Assembly: GCA_050014715.1 (NCBI GenBank)
Contig: JBEKCT010000002.1
Span: 1,331 to 65,330, forward strand
From: Anaerolineales bacterium
GTDB lineage: Bacteria; Chloroflexota; Anaerolineae; Anaerolineales; Villigracilaceae
Direction: 5' to 3'
Length of the DNA: 64,000 nucleotides
A program made the position numbers and the translations under genes. The notes beneath the pieces were generated by a model. That model had not been told where the DNA came from and ran no database searches. It saw only the letters and a program-made list of their open reading frames with translations. Shown one piece after another: positions 1-9,831 of the stretch. Numbering within the stretch: position 1 is the stretch's first letter; each line of letters begins with the position of its first letter.

Positions 1-279
1 ATGGGAAATTTAGATTAGTTTTCGAGAGCCAACTTGAGGCCTGCTCGTTTAAGTCCCAATCTATATCACCCATTGCATCAATCAAGATCTCCTTATTTTG
101 ACTTGCCAAACCCTGAAGGAAATCTCTCATGGAAATTAACCCTTGAAGCACTATTTCTTCATTCCAGACCTTAAGGGCCCCTTGTTTTATAGAGATTTCC
201 TGAAGAGCTATTTCGTCTGGCAATAATAGGCCATCAGAGGATTGAAACAAATCTAATAGTTGTCGATTAAGGTTAGCCA
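1..279 (-). CDS. hypothetical protein (3' end cut by window edge)
   Basis: ATG at 279-277 is followed by 93 stop-free codons (MANLNRQLLDLFQSSDGLLLPDEIALQ...) down to position 1, in AT-rich DNA. No family recognised. Confidence 0.25.
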
Positions 280-502
280 TATCTCACCTGTTTCTATAAA
301 GTATTGTGCAGGATCTTCCAAGTATACAAAGAAAAGAAGGTCCTTCTTATATGAATCTTGTTTGTGAGCCTGAGTTTGAATCATTAACCACCTCACGCAG
401 AAACCGTAAAGCAGGCGCTTTTTTGCCACCATATCTGGACAAATTCTGACGAATCGGGCGGAAGGCAATAGATCTGGCGCATAGGGTGCGTAACATCACT
501 CA

Positions 503-1363
503 TTAACTCACCTTACGCAGTGAGAGAAACTTATAGAGTTGACGGAGCATAGGGTAAGCGGATTGAATGGCTTGAAAATACAATTTGGACTTGAGCGCAA
601 AATGGTTGAACTTGGTAGTACCTTTGAGTAGTTCGAGTTTGATGTAACCACATGGGGCTGCATAGAAATGGTTCGCCTGGGTGATCACTGTGTAGGTGGG
701 TGATTTCTCCAAGGAAGCATTTTGCTTCAAGGACTTGTAATATGGCTCCACGTTCCATCGTTTTTGATAGATAGTGGCAATACCATCACCAGATAATGTA
801 GCATCGCTGGTTACCAGATACATCGTGCCCATAGAGCAATCTTCATTTTTGTTTCCACACGCCTATTATGGCATAATTATTACCATCCGTAACTCTATTT
901 TTTCAAAATTCAGTAGTTGGCGTATAATCGGAATGATCGTTCGAAGTTGCCCTAACAAGGCTAAATGGGTCCCTTCCGGCAATGTCCCTTGCATCCTTTT
1001 GCTACCAACCAAATAACCGGCAAAGTCCGCTTCTGATAGACGGGATTGACCATCAACGTAATGCAGTCATGACCTACTTCACTACCATTCACAACCAATA
1101 CCAGGGGTCGCAGGATGGCCAAACTCGCCAAGACTTGCTCGACAAACGGCAGATAATAGGCTTCAAAGTTACTCCGCTCGTTGCCCTGAACCCAACGATT
1201 ATAACGTTTGATCTGGCTCTCCTCTTTGGCAGCCTCGGGCGTATGACACGCAATGGATGGCAACTGGCAATTCTTGCACGATTCCCGCCACCAAGGCTGT
1301 CAAAGTATTCAGATGACGAGCAAAGTTCCCTTCGGCTCGGTCGGATATAGTTACCAAAGTCAT
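503..1363 (-). mobile_element. IS4-superfamily (IS4/IS701-like) DDE transposase remnant, frameshifted and internally deleted
   Basis: Three collinear minus-strand fragments lie in different frames: MTLVTISDRAEGNFARHLNTLTALVAGIVQ (ATG at 1363), ..LVLVVNGSEVGHDCITLMVNPVYQKRTLPVIWLVAKGCKGH (961-1263), and ..IATIYQKRWNVEPYYKSLKQNASLEKSP.. (503-832). The YxxRWxVE..K.LKQ block is a C-terminal DDE-transposase signature. The summed length is too short for an intact gene. Confidence 0.7.
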
Positions 1364-1490
1364 GCTCTTATGTTACGATATACATGAAGTTTATCACTCA
1401 TGGCTACACTTGTTCTTTCTTGACCGAAAAACATAAGATAACCGGTTTGGCAACCGTTGTTCACGAAAGTGTCCGGTACTCAGAAAGAAA

Positions 1491-2555
1491 ATGGAGCATT
1501 TTATGAAACAACCCTATTTCATTCGCGTGGCCAACCAGACCCCGACCGAATTCTGGATCAACAACCCCACCTGCGAGCAGGCCGACCTAGCCCTCACCAA
1601 CGGGGCAACCGGCTGCACCAATAATCCCTCCTACTCGCAGAAGATGATCGAGCATCCTAGTGAAGGCCCCTACGCCTCCCGGCTTCTGGATGAGGCTCTC
1701 GGCGAATCCGAAAATGACAATGAGGTCGCAGCGATCTTCCAACGCAAGCTTGTCGCCTCCATCGCAGAGAAATTTATGCCGATTTTTGAGAAAACCAACG
1801 GTAAGCAGGGCTACGTCTCAATCCAGGGTGACCCGATCCTCGAAGACGATCCCCAGGTTATCATCCGCGAAGCCCTCGAAAACCGCAAGGTATCACCTAA
1901 TATCTGCTGTAAAATTCCTACCACTCATGCCGGCTTGATCGCGATGAAATACTTGGTGGAGGAAGGAGTACCGCTGAACGCTACAGAGGTCTTTGGAATC
2001 GCCCAAGGGGTTGCCTTGTGTGAGAGTTACCAGCAGGCAACTGAAAAGACGGGCAAACGTCCAAAGCTTTTCATCTCCCACATCGTCGGAATTTACGACG
2101 ACCACTTACGCAACACGGTCGAGCTTGAGAAGATCGAGATATCCCCGGACGTTTTGTGGCAGGCGGGGCTGGCGGTCTCCCGCAAGCTGTACCTACTCAT
2201 GGAAGAACGGGGCTACCCAGGGACGATGATCGTAGGTGGCGCGCGGGGCTTGCATCATTTCACCGAGGTGGTGGGAGGGAAGATCTGCTGCACGATCAAC
2301 TGGGAGGGGACGGCGGATAAGCTTCTCGAGCAAGACCCGCCGGTGGTGTACCGGCTGTTTAACCCGGTGCCGCAGAAGGTTATTGATGAGCTAATGGAGA
2401 AACTACCCGATTTCAAACGTGGGTATGCAGAAGATGGGCTAAGCATAGAAGAGTTTGAAGGCTTTGGTCCTGTACAATTATTCCGGAGCAGCTTTATCAA
2501 AAGCTGGAAGAGAATTCTCGAGCTTGCGAAAGAGAGACGTAGCATAGTGGCCTAG
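1491..2555 (+). CDS. transaldolase-family protein
   Basis: 354-aa ORF. TEFWINNPT and GATGCTNNPS match the transaldolase/F6P-aldolase signature, and CCKIPTTHAGL fits the Schiff-base lysine strand. GGAG 6 nt upstream of a second in-frame ATG at 1503 may mark the true start. Confidence 0.8.
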   Translation: MEHFMKQPYFIRVANQTPTEFWINNPTCEQADLALTNGATGCTNNPSYSQKMIEHPSEGPYASRLLDEALGESENDNEVAAIFQRKLVASIAEKFMPIFEKTNGKQGYVSIQGDPILEDDPQVIIREALENRKVSPNICCKIPTTHAGLIAMKYLVEEGVPLNATEVFGIAQGVALCESYQQATEKTGKRPKLFISHIVGIYDDHLRNTVELEKIEISPDVLWQAGLAVSRKLYLLMEERGYPGTMIVGGARGLHHFTEVVGGKICCTINWEGTADKLLEQDPPVVYRLFNPVPQKVIDELMEKLPDFKRGYAEDGLSIEEFEGFGPVQLFRSSFIKSWKRILELAKERRSIVA

Positions 2556-2594
2556 ACTCCAGATCGAATTCGCATATTACCAGGAGGGTCTACT

Positions 2595-3668
2595 TTGGCA
2601 AATCAATACCGAATTGCTGTCCTTCCGGGGGATGGGATTGGAAAAGAAGTAATGCCGGAGGGATTGAGAATCCTTCGAATGGTGGAGAGAAAAACCGGGG
2701 CATTCCATATGATGTTTGACATCTACCCATGGGGATCCGATACCTATTTGGGAACCGGTCGGATGATGCCAGAAGATGCACTTAAGATCTTAACGGATTA
2801 TGATGCAATTTATTTTGGCGCGGTTGGCCTCCCCGGGAAGATCCCCGATCACATCACCTTGTGGGAGTTTATCCTGCCTTTGCGGCAAGGATTCGACCAG
2901 TATATCAACTACCGGCCTACTCGGCTCCTTCCTGGCCTACGCGGCTCCCTCAGAGACAAGGGACCAGAAGATATCGACTTCGTGGTCATCCGCGAGAACA
3001 CCGAAGGGGAATATTCCGGGGCGGGCGGGCGTATCCATATCCACACCGACCAGGAAGTTGCCATCCAGACCAACATCTTTACCCGGCTGGGTACCGAGCG
3101 GGTCATGCGATATGGCTTTGAGCTGGCCTGCAAACGGAGGAAAAAGTTGACCAGCGCAACCAAATCCAATGCCTGTCAGTTTAGCATGGTGTTTTGGGAT
3201 GAAGTATTTGAGCTGGTCAAATCGAATTACCCTGAAGTCCAGGCTGAAAAATGGCACATAGATGCCCTGGCAGCCCGCTTCGTTACCAACCCAGAGACGC
3301 TGGATGTGGTGGTGGCTTCTAATCTGTTCGGCGATATCTTATCCGATCTGGGCGGGGCATTGCAAGGCAGCCTGGGCTTAGTGCCCAGCGCCAATCTCAA
3401 TCCGGAGAAGAAATACCCTTCGCTATTCGAGCCTGTCCATGGCTCAGCTCCCGATATTGCGGGAAAAAAGATTGCAAACCCCATCGCAATGATTTGGGCA
3501 GGATCCCTAATGCTCGATTTTCTTGGCGAGGCTGAGGCAGCCAACTTAGTAATGCGAGGGATTGAAACAACCATTCTCCAGGGGAAAGTGCTCACACCCG
3601 ATTTAGGGGGAAAAGCGAGTACGGCTCAGGTCGGACAGGTAATATACGAGCAAATCGAGCAGCTCTGA
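2595..3668 (+). CDS. tartrate dehydrogenase/decarboxylase-like enzyme (isocitrate/isopropylmalate dehydrogenase family)
   Basis: 357-aa ORF with a TTG start. It has the YRIAVLPGDGIGKEV N-terminus and the NLFGDILSDL and HGSAPDIAGK motifs of beta-decarboxylating dehydrogenases. Length and N-terminus look most like the TtuC/D-malate dehydrogenase type. Confidence 0.85.
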   Translation: MANQYRIAVLPGDGIGKEVMPEGLRILRMVERKTGAFHMMFDIYPWGSDTYLGTGRMMPEDALKILTDYDAIYFGAVGLPGKIPDHITLWEFILPLRQGFDQYINYRPTRLLPGLRGSLRDKGPEDIDFVVIRENTEGEYSGAGGRIHIHTDQEVAIQTNIFTRLGTERVMRYGFELACKRRKKLTSATKSNACQFSMVFWDEVFELVKSNYPEVQAEKWHIDALAARFVTNPETLDVVVASNLFGDILSDLGGALQGSLGLVPSANLNPEKKYPSLFEPVHGSAPDIAGKKIANPIAMIWAGSLMLDFLGEAEAANLVMRGIETTILQGKVLTPDLGGKASTAQVGQVIYEQIEQL

Positions 3669-3784
3669 TGATGGTCCCATCCCAACCAGGCTCAAGTTTC
3701 GGAATGATCCATTCCAACTTCGCCTTTGGCTTCTTCCAGTGTGGTTTTGACTGGCCATCTCATATCACTGATATGCACCAATTC
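3669..3784 (-). mobile_element. IS701-type transposase C-terminal relic (about 38 codons)
   Basis: The minus-strand translation ELVHISDMRWPVKTTLEEAKGEVGMDHSET*AWLGWDHH matches the RWxIE...AK.E.GLD...R.W.GW.RH block of IS701-type transposases. It has one in-frame stop and no start codon. Confidence 0.5.
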
Positions 3785-3871
3785 TTAGGTCGGACAATGC
3801 GTAGTAGAATTGCTCAAATAAAACTTCACTGCGGGTTGAGATCCCAAGCTACAACGATAAAGGAGAGATAG

Positions 3872-5329
3872 ATGACGGCTGAAGGATATCTCCGTAATTT
3901 TTCACCCCTCAAGATATTGAGCGAGGAACAGGTGGAAGCCATCCATCGTGGATCGTTGGAAATTTTAGAGAGTACTGGGATCCGTTTTGAGAGCGAAAAA
4001 GCACTCGAGTATTTATCCAAGAAAGGGTGCAAGGTGGATTTCAGCCAACATCGGGTCCGTTTCCCTTCGGGGTTGGTAGAGGAATGTGTGTGCCAAGCCC
4101 CGAGTTGCTTCCGGCTGAAAGGGCGCACTCCGGACAAAGATGTAAATTTGGGAGGTAATACCCTGTATTTTTCTCCCTCACCGGGTATGCGGACGGTGGA
4201 TCTGGACACCTGGGAACAGCGCGTGCCCACACTGGAAGAAAATCACGCAGCTGTCCGGGTGCTCGACGCACTTGAAAATATCCACCTAGCTTGTTCTTAC
4301 ACCCCATACTGCGAGATCGAAAACGTCTCCCCTAACATGGTATTGCCAGTTAGCGCATACAGCCGGATGAAGTACTTCACTAAGCCCCAACGGGTAGGGA
4401 CAATCCTGAATAGCCATATCTGGGAAATACACATGGCGGAGGTCGTAGGGATCGATGTATTTGGCGCCATGGAAGCGGCGCCACCTCTCACTTGGTATAA
4501 GGATGCAATCGATTGCGCCTGGGCATGCGCCGAACAAGGCTATCCAGTTGAGGTGGGCTGTGGTTGCGTTATGGGTGGTACCGGGCCGGCTACTCAGGCC
4601 GGAGCACTTGTGCAAAGTAACGCCGAAATCCTTTCTGGGATCGTGCTGGTTGAACTAATCCGACCGGGGACTGGGATTCTGGCGAATAGCTTTGTTTTTG
4701 CTCAGAATATGCGCTCGGGCTTACCGGTGGCAGGGGGAATTGAAGTATCTCTTTTTCAGGTAGCTTTCAATCAGATATGGCGTGGTAAATACAATCTTCC
4801 AACCATGCTCGGTGCCTGCGGGCCAAGTAATTCCAAGCGAATTGATATCCAATTAGGGTATGAGAAAGGGGTTAGTTCGACCTTGGCGGCGATCTCGGGG
4901 GCGAGCGTGATTAACCTCCATGGGGGGATAAGCGTCGAATTAACTTATCATCCTGTTCAATCCATACTGGATAACGATCTGGCAGGCATGTTGGGAAAAT
5001 TAGTAAAGGGTATCACTGTCACTCCTGAAACTCTTGCTTTAGACCTGATACAGGTAGTTGGCCCCATGCCGGGGCACTATTTGAATACCAAACACACCCG
5101 GGATTGGTGGAAGAAGGAACAGTATTTGCCACAAGTGATGGATCGGACAGGATATCCAGATTGGCTGGCGGGAGGAAAGAAAAGCGCTTTGGACCTCGCC
5201 CGGGCAAAGATGGAAAAGATTTTGGCCACCCATCACCCCGAGCAGGAGCTCAGTCAGGAACAGGAACGAGAGTTGGACCGCATTTTGAATGAAGCCAGCG
5301 CTTATTATAAAGAACTGGAAGGAAAATAA
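3872..5329 (+). CDS. MttB-superfamily methyltransferase, non-pyrrolysine member (quaternary-amine:corrinoid methyltransferase-like)
   Basis: 485-aa uninterrupted ORF behind an AAGGAGA SD. The N-terminal pattern LSEEQVEAIHRGSLEILESTGIRFESEKALEYL...RVRFPSGLVEE and the size are typical of the trimethylamine methyltransferase MttB family. There is no in-frame TAG. Confidence 0.85.
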   Translation: MTAEGYLRNFSPLKILSEEQVEAIHRGSLEILESTGIRFESEKALEYLSKKGCKVDFSQHRVRFPSGLVEECVCQAPSCFRLKGRTPDKDVNLGGNTLYFSPSPGMRTVDLDTWEQRVPTLEENHAAVRVLDALENIHLACSYTPYCEIENVSPNMVLPVSAYSRMKYFTKPQRVGTILNSHIWEIHMAEVVGIDVFGAMEAAPPLTWYKDAIDCAWACAEQGYPVEVGCGCVMGGTGPATQAGALVQSNAEILSGIVLVELIRPGTGILANSFVFAQNMRSGLPVAGGIEVSLFQVAFNQIWRGKYNLPTMLGACGPSNSKRIDIQLGYEKGVSSTLAAISGASVINLHGGISVELTYHPVQSILDNDLAGMLGKLVKGITVTPETLALDLIQVVGPMPGHYLNTKHTRDWWKKEQYLPQVMDRTGYPDWLAGGKKSALDLARAKMEKILATHHPEQELSQEQERELDRILNEASAYYKELEGK

Positions 5330-5458
5330 AGCGATATTTTGGGATTAGCAAATCGGGATTGTAATTCGTCGTTGCGGAGGCGGGATTGGCTTCGCAACAA
5401 TCATCATTTCTGTCGGATTTTCGCTACGATACCGATTTCTTGTTTTAGCAAAATTCTC

Positions 5459-5487
5459 TTGTATCCTGTTTAAGTGTATTATATAAT
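5459..5487 (+). promoter_or_regulatory. sigma70-type promoter of the LacI gene (TTGTAT-17-TATAAT)
   Basis: TTGTAT at 5459-5464, an exact 17-nt spacer, and TATAAT at 5482-5487. The 13-mer ACACGAGTAAATT follows at 5494-5506, and the start codon is at 5513. Confidence 0.45.
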
Positions 5488-5512
5488 AAGTATACACGAG
5501 TAAATTGATTCT

Positions 5513-6523
5513 ATGAATTCTAGGAAAACATTCTACAGACGACCCAAACGAGAAGACGTGGCCCGGCTTGCCGGCGTTTCCTCGGCAACAGTTTCGTACG
5601 TGCTGAACAACAGCCCAAAACCTGTTACCGAAGAGACTCGCAAAAAGGTCCTGTTAGCGGTTCAACAGCTTGGCTACAAGCCTCATGCTTTTGCGCGCGG
5701 CCTGAAAACTGGCAATACCTGTACGATCGGGTTAGTCATACCGGTAGTCGCCAGTTCGGGCATGGCCTATCTGGCCAGCATCGTGCAGGACGAATTATTG
5801 CTCCATGGCTACCAGGTAATTATGGCGAATGCCCATGAAGACCCGGAGCGAGAGAAGGACTTACTTGAAGTGCTTAGTGCTCAGCCAGTCGATGGGATGA
5901 TTGTCTCTCCGGCTTCCCTGTATGAAACCCGCCGGTTTGATCAGATCATAGATTTTGGCATCCCATTGGTCTTTATGGACCGGTACGCGCAAGGCGTCAA
6001 TGCCGATCGCGTTACCACGGATAATATCAGCGCAACCCGCTACGCGACCAATTACCTGATTGGCCAGGGCTGTCAAAAGATCCTAATTCTCTCTTTTAGC
6101 ATGGTTGCTTCTTCCGCACTGGAGCGCCTGGATGGTTTCCGACAGGCCATGTCGATGCAAGGGATTCCCGTCGAGACTAACCAAATCCTGGTCATCCGTG
6201 ATCCGAATGGGGATTCGATTGAGAGAACTGTCCTAGAGCATATCGGCCATCACGGGTTTCCGGATGGCGTACTTTGCACAACGCAAGAACTTGGTATCAA
6301 TTTTGTCCGCGCCCTTCAGCACCAGGGGATTCCCATCCCCAATAAGAAGGTCGTTATTTTCGATGCCGATTGGGCAGAGTTGCTAAGCCCCCCGATTCCG
6401 GTCATCAAGCAAAACCTTCACTCTATGGCTTCAACGGCTGTGCGGCTGCTTATTGACCGCCTTAATGGAAGCGCGTACCCGCCTCAGGTCATTCTCTGCG
6501 AGGCGGAAAAGATTCATTATTAA
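5513..6523 (+). CDS. LacI-family transcriptional regulator
   Basis: 336 aa. It has the N-terminal HTH REDVARLAGVSSATVSYVLNN plus a periplasmic-binding-protein-like sugar-sensor domain of typical length. Confidence 0.9.
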   Translation: MNSRKTFYRRPKREDVARLAGVSSATVSYVLNNSPKPVTEETRKKVLLAVQQLGYKPHAFARGLKTGNTCTIGLVIPVVASSGMAYLASIVQDELLLHGYQVIMANAHEDPEREKDLLEVLSAQPVDGMIVSPASLYETRRFDQIIDFGIPLVFMDRYAQGVNADRVTTDNISATRYATNYLIGQGCQKILILSFSMVASSALERLDGFRQAMSMQGIPVETNQILVIRDPNGDSIERTVLEHIGHHGFPDGVLCTTQELGINFVRALQHQGIPIPNKKVVIFDADWAELLSPPIPVIKQNLHSMASTAVRLLIDRLNGSAYPPQVILCEAEKIHY

Positions 6524-6703
6524 GCGCAGTCACTCGCCAGGCCCGATCGCAGAGCGGCTGGCCGCCCCGTGATAACCTTGGCTTTTTTGAGTGGGTAGTC
6601 GCAAACAATTCCCGAAGGCGGCGAAGTTGCGCACTTACTTAAGATGCGATCTTTCAAAGATATTAATAGATTCCACCCAGCGTATGTATGAAGGAGGCCC
6701 CCG

Positions 6704-7897
6704 ATGCAAATATCCCCCGAAAAACTAGCTCGAGCTCAAAGTGCGATGCTGGAAAATGGTCTGGATGCCCTTTTCTGCCGGCTGTCGGAGAACGTCTTAT
6801 ATTTTACCGGCTACTGGCCGCACGGCCACGTTGGCGCTGCGGTCCTGCCGGCCAACGGGAACCCGGTCCTGCTCATCGGGAAGCTGGAAGCCCAATTGGA
6901 ATTCAGCACATTTCCGCCATCGAGTCAGGTGGATGTAGTCACCTTCCCTTATGAGTCGAGTGAAGTAATGCGCGGGCCAAACGATGTTCTGGAAAAAGCC
7001 CTACCTGCGGTTTTCCAGAAGCTTGGGTTGAAAGGCAAGATCATCGGCATCGAACAAAGTTTTGAGGGGTGTAACGTAGGGGTGTTCCAGGGTGAGGTTA
7101 AGTACCCTAGCCTGCCGACCTGGGAAATGTTAAAGAACACTTTCCCCCACAATGAGTTTCGGGATGCAACTTCCCTCATCCTCAAATTACGACAGATCAA
7201 GAGTCCTGAAGAAGTGGATGCAATCCGGTTGGCAATCGAGACAGCTGCATTTGGGTTGCAGGCAGCGCGCGAAGCTGTCCACCCCGGGATGAAAGAAACC
7301 GAGCTGGCAATGGTAGTGGAAAGCGCCATCCATACCCGTGGGACGGGTTACAAGGATATCGCCCAGGCACGCGGCTATGCCGCGGTCAACGCCGGGGAGC
7401 ATTCTGCGATGCAGTGGGCGCATTATGCGAGCTCAAGTGAGCGGGTCATCCACAACAGCGATATGGTGATCATCGAGTTAGGCAGCTTTGCCGATGGCTA
7501 CTGGGCCGATCTGACCCGCAATATTGCTGTGGGAAAGGTCGACCCGAAGTTTTACGACCTGTACCAGGCTCTATGCGAGACCCAGCAGGCTGTTTATAAA
7601 ATTGCCAAGCCGGGCACCCCACTCTGTGATCTAGTGCGTGCTGCACGTGCGACCCTTGAAAAATATGGCTTCGCCGAGTATTGGCCACATGGTTTGGGCC
7701 ATGGCGTTGGATTTGCTTATCATGAAGGCCCCCCTATCCATATTGCCAATCCACAACCGATTGAGGCTGGTATGGTCCTGACTATTGAGCCTGGACTATA
7801 TATCCCGGGCCTGGGCGGTGTGCGTCCCGAGGACATGATCCTGGTGCATGAAGACCATGTCGAGGTGCTCTCAGACAGCATCCCCCGTGTACTCTGA
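6704..7897 (+). CDS. M24-family metallohydrolase (Xaa-Pro peptidase/creatinase fold)
   Basis: 397 aa, with AAGGAGG 6 nt upstream. Motifs seen are HGLGHGVGFAYHEGP, LTIEPGLYIPG and VRPEDMILV. A creatinase-like N-domain is present. Confidence 0.85.
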   Translation: MQISPEKLARAQSAMLENGLDALFCRLSENVLYFTGYWPHGHVGAAVLPANGNPVLLIGKLEAQLEFSTFPPSSQVDVVTFPYESSEVMRGPNDVLEKALPAVFQKLGLKGKIIGIEQSFEGCNVGVFQGEVKYPSLPTWEMLKNTFPHNEFRDATSLILKLRQIKSPEEVDAIRLAIETAAFGLQAAREAVHPGMKETELAMVVESAIHTRGTGYKDIAQARGYAAVNAGEHSAMQWAHYASSSERVIHNSDMVIIELGSFADGYWADLTRNIAVGKVDPKFYDLYQALCETQQAVYKIAKPGTPLCDLVRAARATLEKYGFAEYWPHGLGHGVGFAYHEGPPIHIANPQPIEAGMVLTIEPGLYIPGLGGVRPEDMILVHEDHVEVLSDSIPRVL

Positions 7898-7902
7898 CAA
7901 CT

Positions 7903-7925
7903 CCCCCGCTCTTAGGGGGCGGGGG
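7903..7925. terminator. GC hairpin between convergent genes (possible bidirectional terminator)
   Basis: CCCCCGC (7903-7909) pairs with GCGGGGG (7919-7925). The hairpin lies between the stop of the plus-strand M24 gene and the stop of the minus-strand ADH. The flanking T-run is weak. Confidence 0.35.
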
Positions 7926-7995
7926 TTCTGGCGATCCAACATGTTCCCATTAGTTGCATGGCGGGGCTCCCACGCCGCAAAGAATGGGAATATTT

Positions 7996-9021
7996 TCATT
8001 TGTGCAAAGGATTTCTTGGGTTAAAAGCGCCCACGAAGATCACTTTGCCGCATTGCCCTTCGCGAAAAACTCGGAAGGCTTCCTCGGCATCCGCATAGGT
8101 AAACCGGTGAGTGATCACCTGTTGGACTGGCAGCCCGGTACGGATCAGGCCAATCATCTCATCAAATTCAGCAGTATTAAAGTTGCGACTGCCATAGATG
8201 GTGGCTTCATTTTTTATCAGCTGTTCCCAGGGGTTAAGGGTCAGCTGGTGACTTACCCCCACCACGGCTAGTGTCCCCCGCCGTTTGAGGCTCGCCAAGG
8301 CTTGCTGGCAAACCGCCTCATTCCCTACGCAATCGAAGCCGACATCGATCCCTCGCCCGTTGGTCCAGTCTTTGATGACTTCGCTAACGTCCGCCTCGGC
8401 CGGATTGATGATCAGATCCGGGCCAAACTTACCGGCCATCTCACGGCGGTAAGAGCTCGTATCTATAGAAGCCACCTTGACGCCAAAGCGCTTGGCAGAC
8501 ATCAGTGCTCCCAACCCGATTGGCCCGGCACCCCAGATCGCGATCTTCTGCCCGGGTGTCAGGCGTGCGCGTTTGATTGCCCGGAAGGGAGTCCCCAGCA
8601 TATCCACCATTAAAGATGCCTGCTCGAAAGTGATTTCATCTGGGATGGGCATACAACTGGCCTCAGGAACGAGCATATACTCCCCAAACCCGCCGTCGTA
8701 ATCAAAGCCAATAACGGTGAGCTGGTCACAAAAGTAGAGGTCCCCATTCAAGCAGTACTCACAGTGCCCGCAGGTCACATGGCAGTTGATTGCTACCCGA
8801 TCACCAGGTTTGAGGTGGACCGGCTGATCGACCGCGGTCACGACCCCGGCACTCTCGTGCCCGGGTACGGTCTTCTGACCGGCCCCCATCAGGTTCTCCC
8901 GGTCGGTCCCGCAGATCGTTGCCGAACGAGTCTGGACGACCACCCAGCGATCGTGAGGTTGCGGTATGGATATCTCATCGATCGAAATTTTCCCCTGACC
9001 CAAGAAATGTACGCCAAGCAT
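7996..9021 (-). CDS. Zn-dependent alcohol/polyol dehydrogenase (MDR family)
   Basis: 341 aa. It has GHESAGVV, the structural-Zn motif CGHCEYCLNG, a GAGPIGLG Rossmann motif, and GGAGG 5 nt upstream of the ATG. Confidence 0.85.
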   Translation of the reverse strand: MLGVHFLGQGKISIDEISIPQPHDRWVVVQTRSATICGTDRENLMGAGQKTVPGHESAGVVTAVDQPVHLKPGDRVAINCHVTCGHCEYCLNGDLYFCDQLTVIGFDYDGGFGEYMLVPEASCMPIPDEITFEQASLMVDMLGTPFRAIKRARLTPGQKIAIWGAGPIGLGALMSAKRFGVKVASIDTSSYRREMAGKFGPDLIINPAEADVSEVIKDWTNGRGIDVGFDCVGNEAVCQQALASLKRRGTLAVVGVSHQLTLNPWEQLIKNEATIYGSRNFNTAEFDEMIGLIRTGLPVQQVITHRFTYADAEEAFRVFREGQCGKVIFVGAFNPRNPLHK

Positions 9022-9035
9022 TTTTCCTCCCGATC

Positions 9036-9800
9036 CTATGTATCCATGAACTCTCCGCCGGAGACAACCATCCCTTCTCCGGTTATATGCGATGCCAATG
9101 GCGAGGCCAGGAAGACAGCGGCGTTGGCCTGGTCGCGCGGATCAGCCATTTTCCCCAAAGGAGTCTTTGCAACCAATTCCTCAATGAGCCCTGGGACGTC
9201 TTTGATGAGCCCCCGCAGCATGTCGGTATCCGTAGCCCCCGGCAGGATTGCGTTGACCCGGATCCCATATTTGCCAAGCTCCAATGCAGCCACCCGCGTT
9301 ATCCCAATGATTGCGGATTTCGAGGAACAGTAGGCTGCTCCTTGCGGGTCTGGCTTTTTCCCGGATGCCGAAGACATATTGATGATTGACCCGCCTCGTT
9401 CCTGTTCGATCATTTGGCGGGCAACCGCTTGGATCATGAGGAAGCTACCACGCACGTTGACACGATAGACTAGATCCCAATCTTCGACCGGGAAATCGAC
9501 GATAAAATGCGGGCGGTGGATTCCCGCGTTATTGACCAGGATATCAATCCCACCGAAGGCAGCTGCCACTTCAGCGACGGTCTGCTGGATACTCTGCGGG
9601 TCACTTACGTCCAACATAAAGGCCTTGGCTTCGGGGTATCCTGCCCGGTTGATCCCCTCGGCGACAGCCTGTGCCTCGTAGAACAGCTTATCAGCCACGG
9701 CTAACCGTGCCCCTTGCTCAGCGTAGACCTCTGCAATGGCCCGACCAATGCCGCGTGCGGCGCCTGTTACCAAGGCCGTCTTTCCATCTAATAGCCCCAT
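9036..9800 (-). CDS. SDR-family oxidoreductase
   Basis: 254 aa. It has the TGAARGIGRAIA cofactor motif, NNAG, and the catalytic YCSSKSA. Confidence 0.9.
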   Translation of the reverse strand: MGLLDGKTALVTGAARGIGRAIAEVYAEQGARLAVADKLFYEAQAVAEGINRAGYPEAKAFMLDVSDPQSIQQTVAEVAAAFGGIDILVNNAGIHRPHFIVDFPVEDWDLVYRVNVRGSFLMIQAVARQMIEQERGGSIINMSSASGKKPDPQGAAYCSSKSAIIGITRVAALELGKYGIRVNAILPGATDTDMLRGLIKDVPGLIEELVAKTPLGKMADPRDQANAAVFLASPLASHITGEGMVVSGGEFMDT

Positions 9801-9831
9801 ATGGGTACCCTCCCTTTCTGAAAAGATTTAA

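Noticed and set aside
253-468. A 71-aa minus-strand ORF overlapping the start of the edge ORF by 27 nt, considered as a possible toxin-antitoxin-like pair next to the IS relic.
   Set aside because: No recognisable family motif or SD was seen. It may be part of the decayed IS flank, so the support is too weak to annotate.
1440-1459. AACCGGTT and CAACCGTTG elements upstream of the transaldolase-like gene, considered as a possible LacI/CcpA-type operator.
   Set aside because: They are only short, imperfect palindromes with a weak match to cre/LacI consensus. No recurrence was seen elsewhere in the window.
3668-3871. The plus-strand 67-aa ORF between the tartrate-DH-like gene and mttB.
   Set aside because: It is the antisense of an IS701-type transposase relic. 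It has no SD and no recognisable domain.
3872-5329. The possibility that the MttB homologue is a pyrrolysine (TAG-containing) enzyme.
   Set aside because: The ORF is uninterrupted for 485 codons, and no pylTSBCD-like genes are visible in the window. It is a non-Pyl family member.
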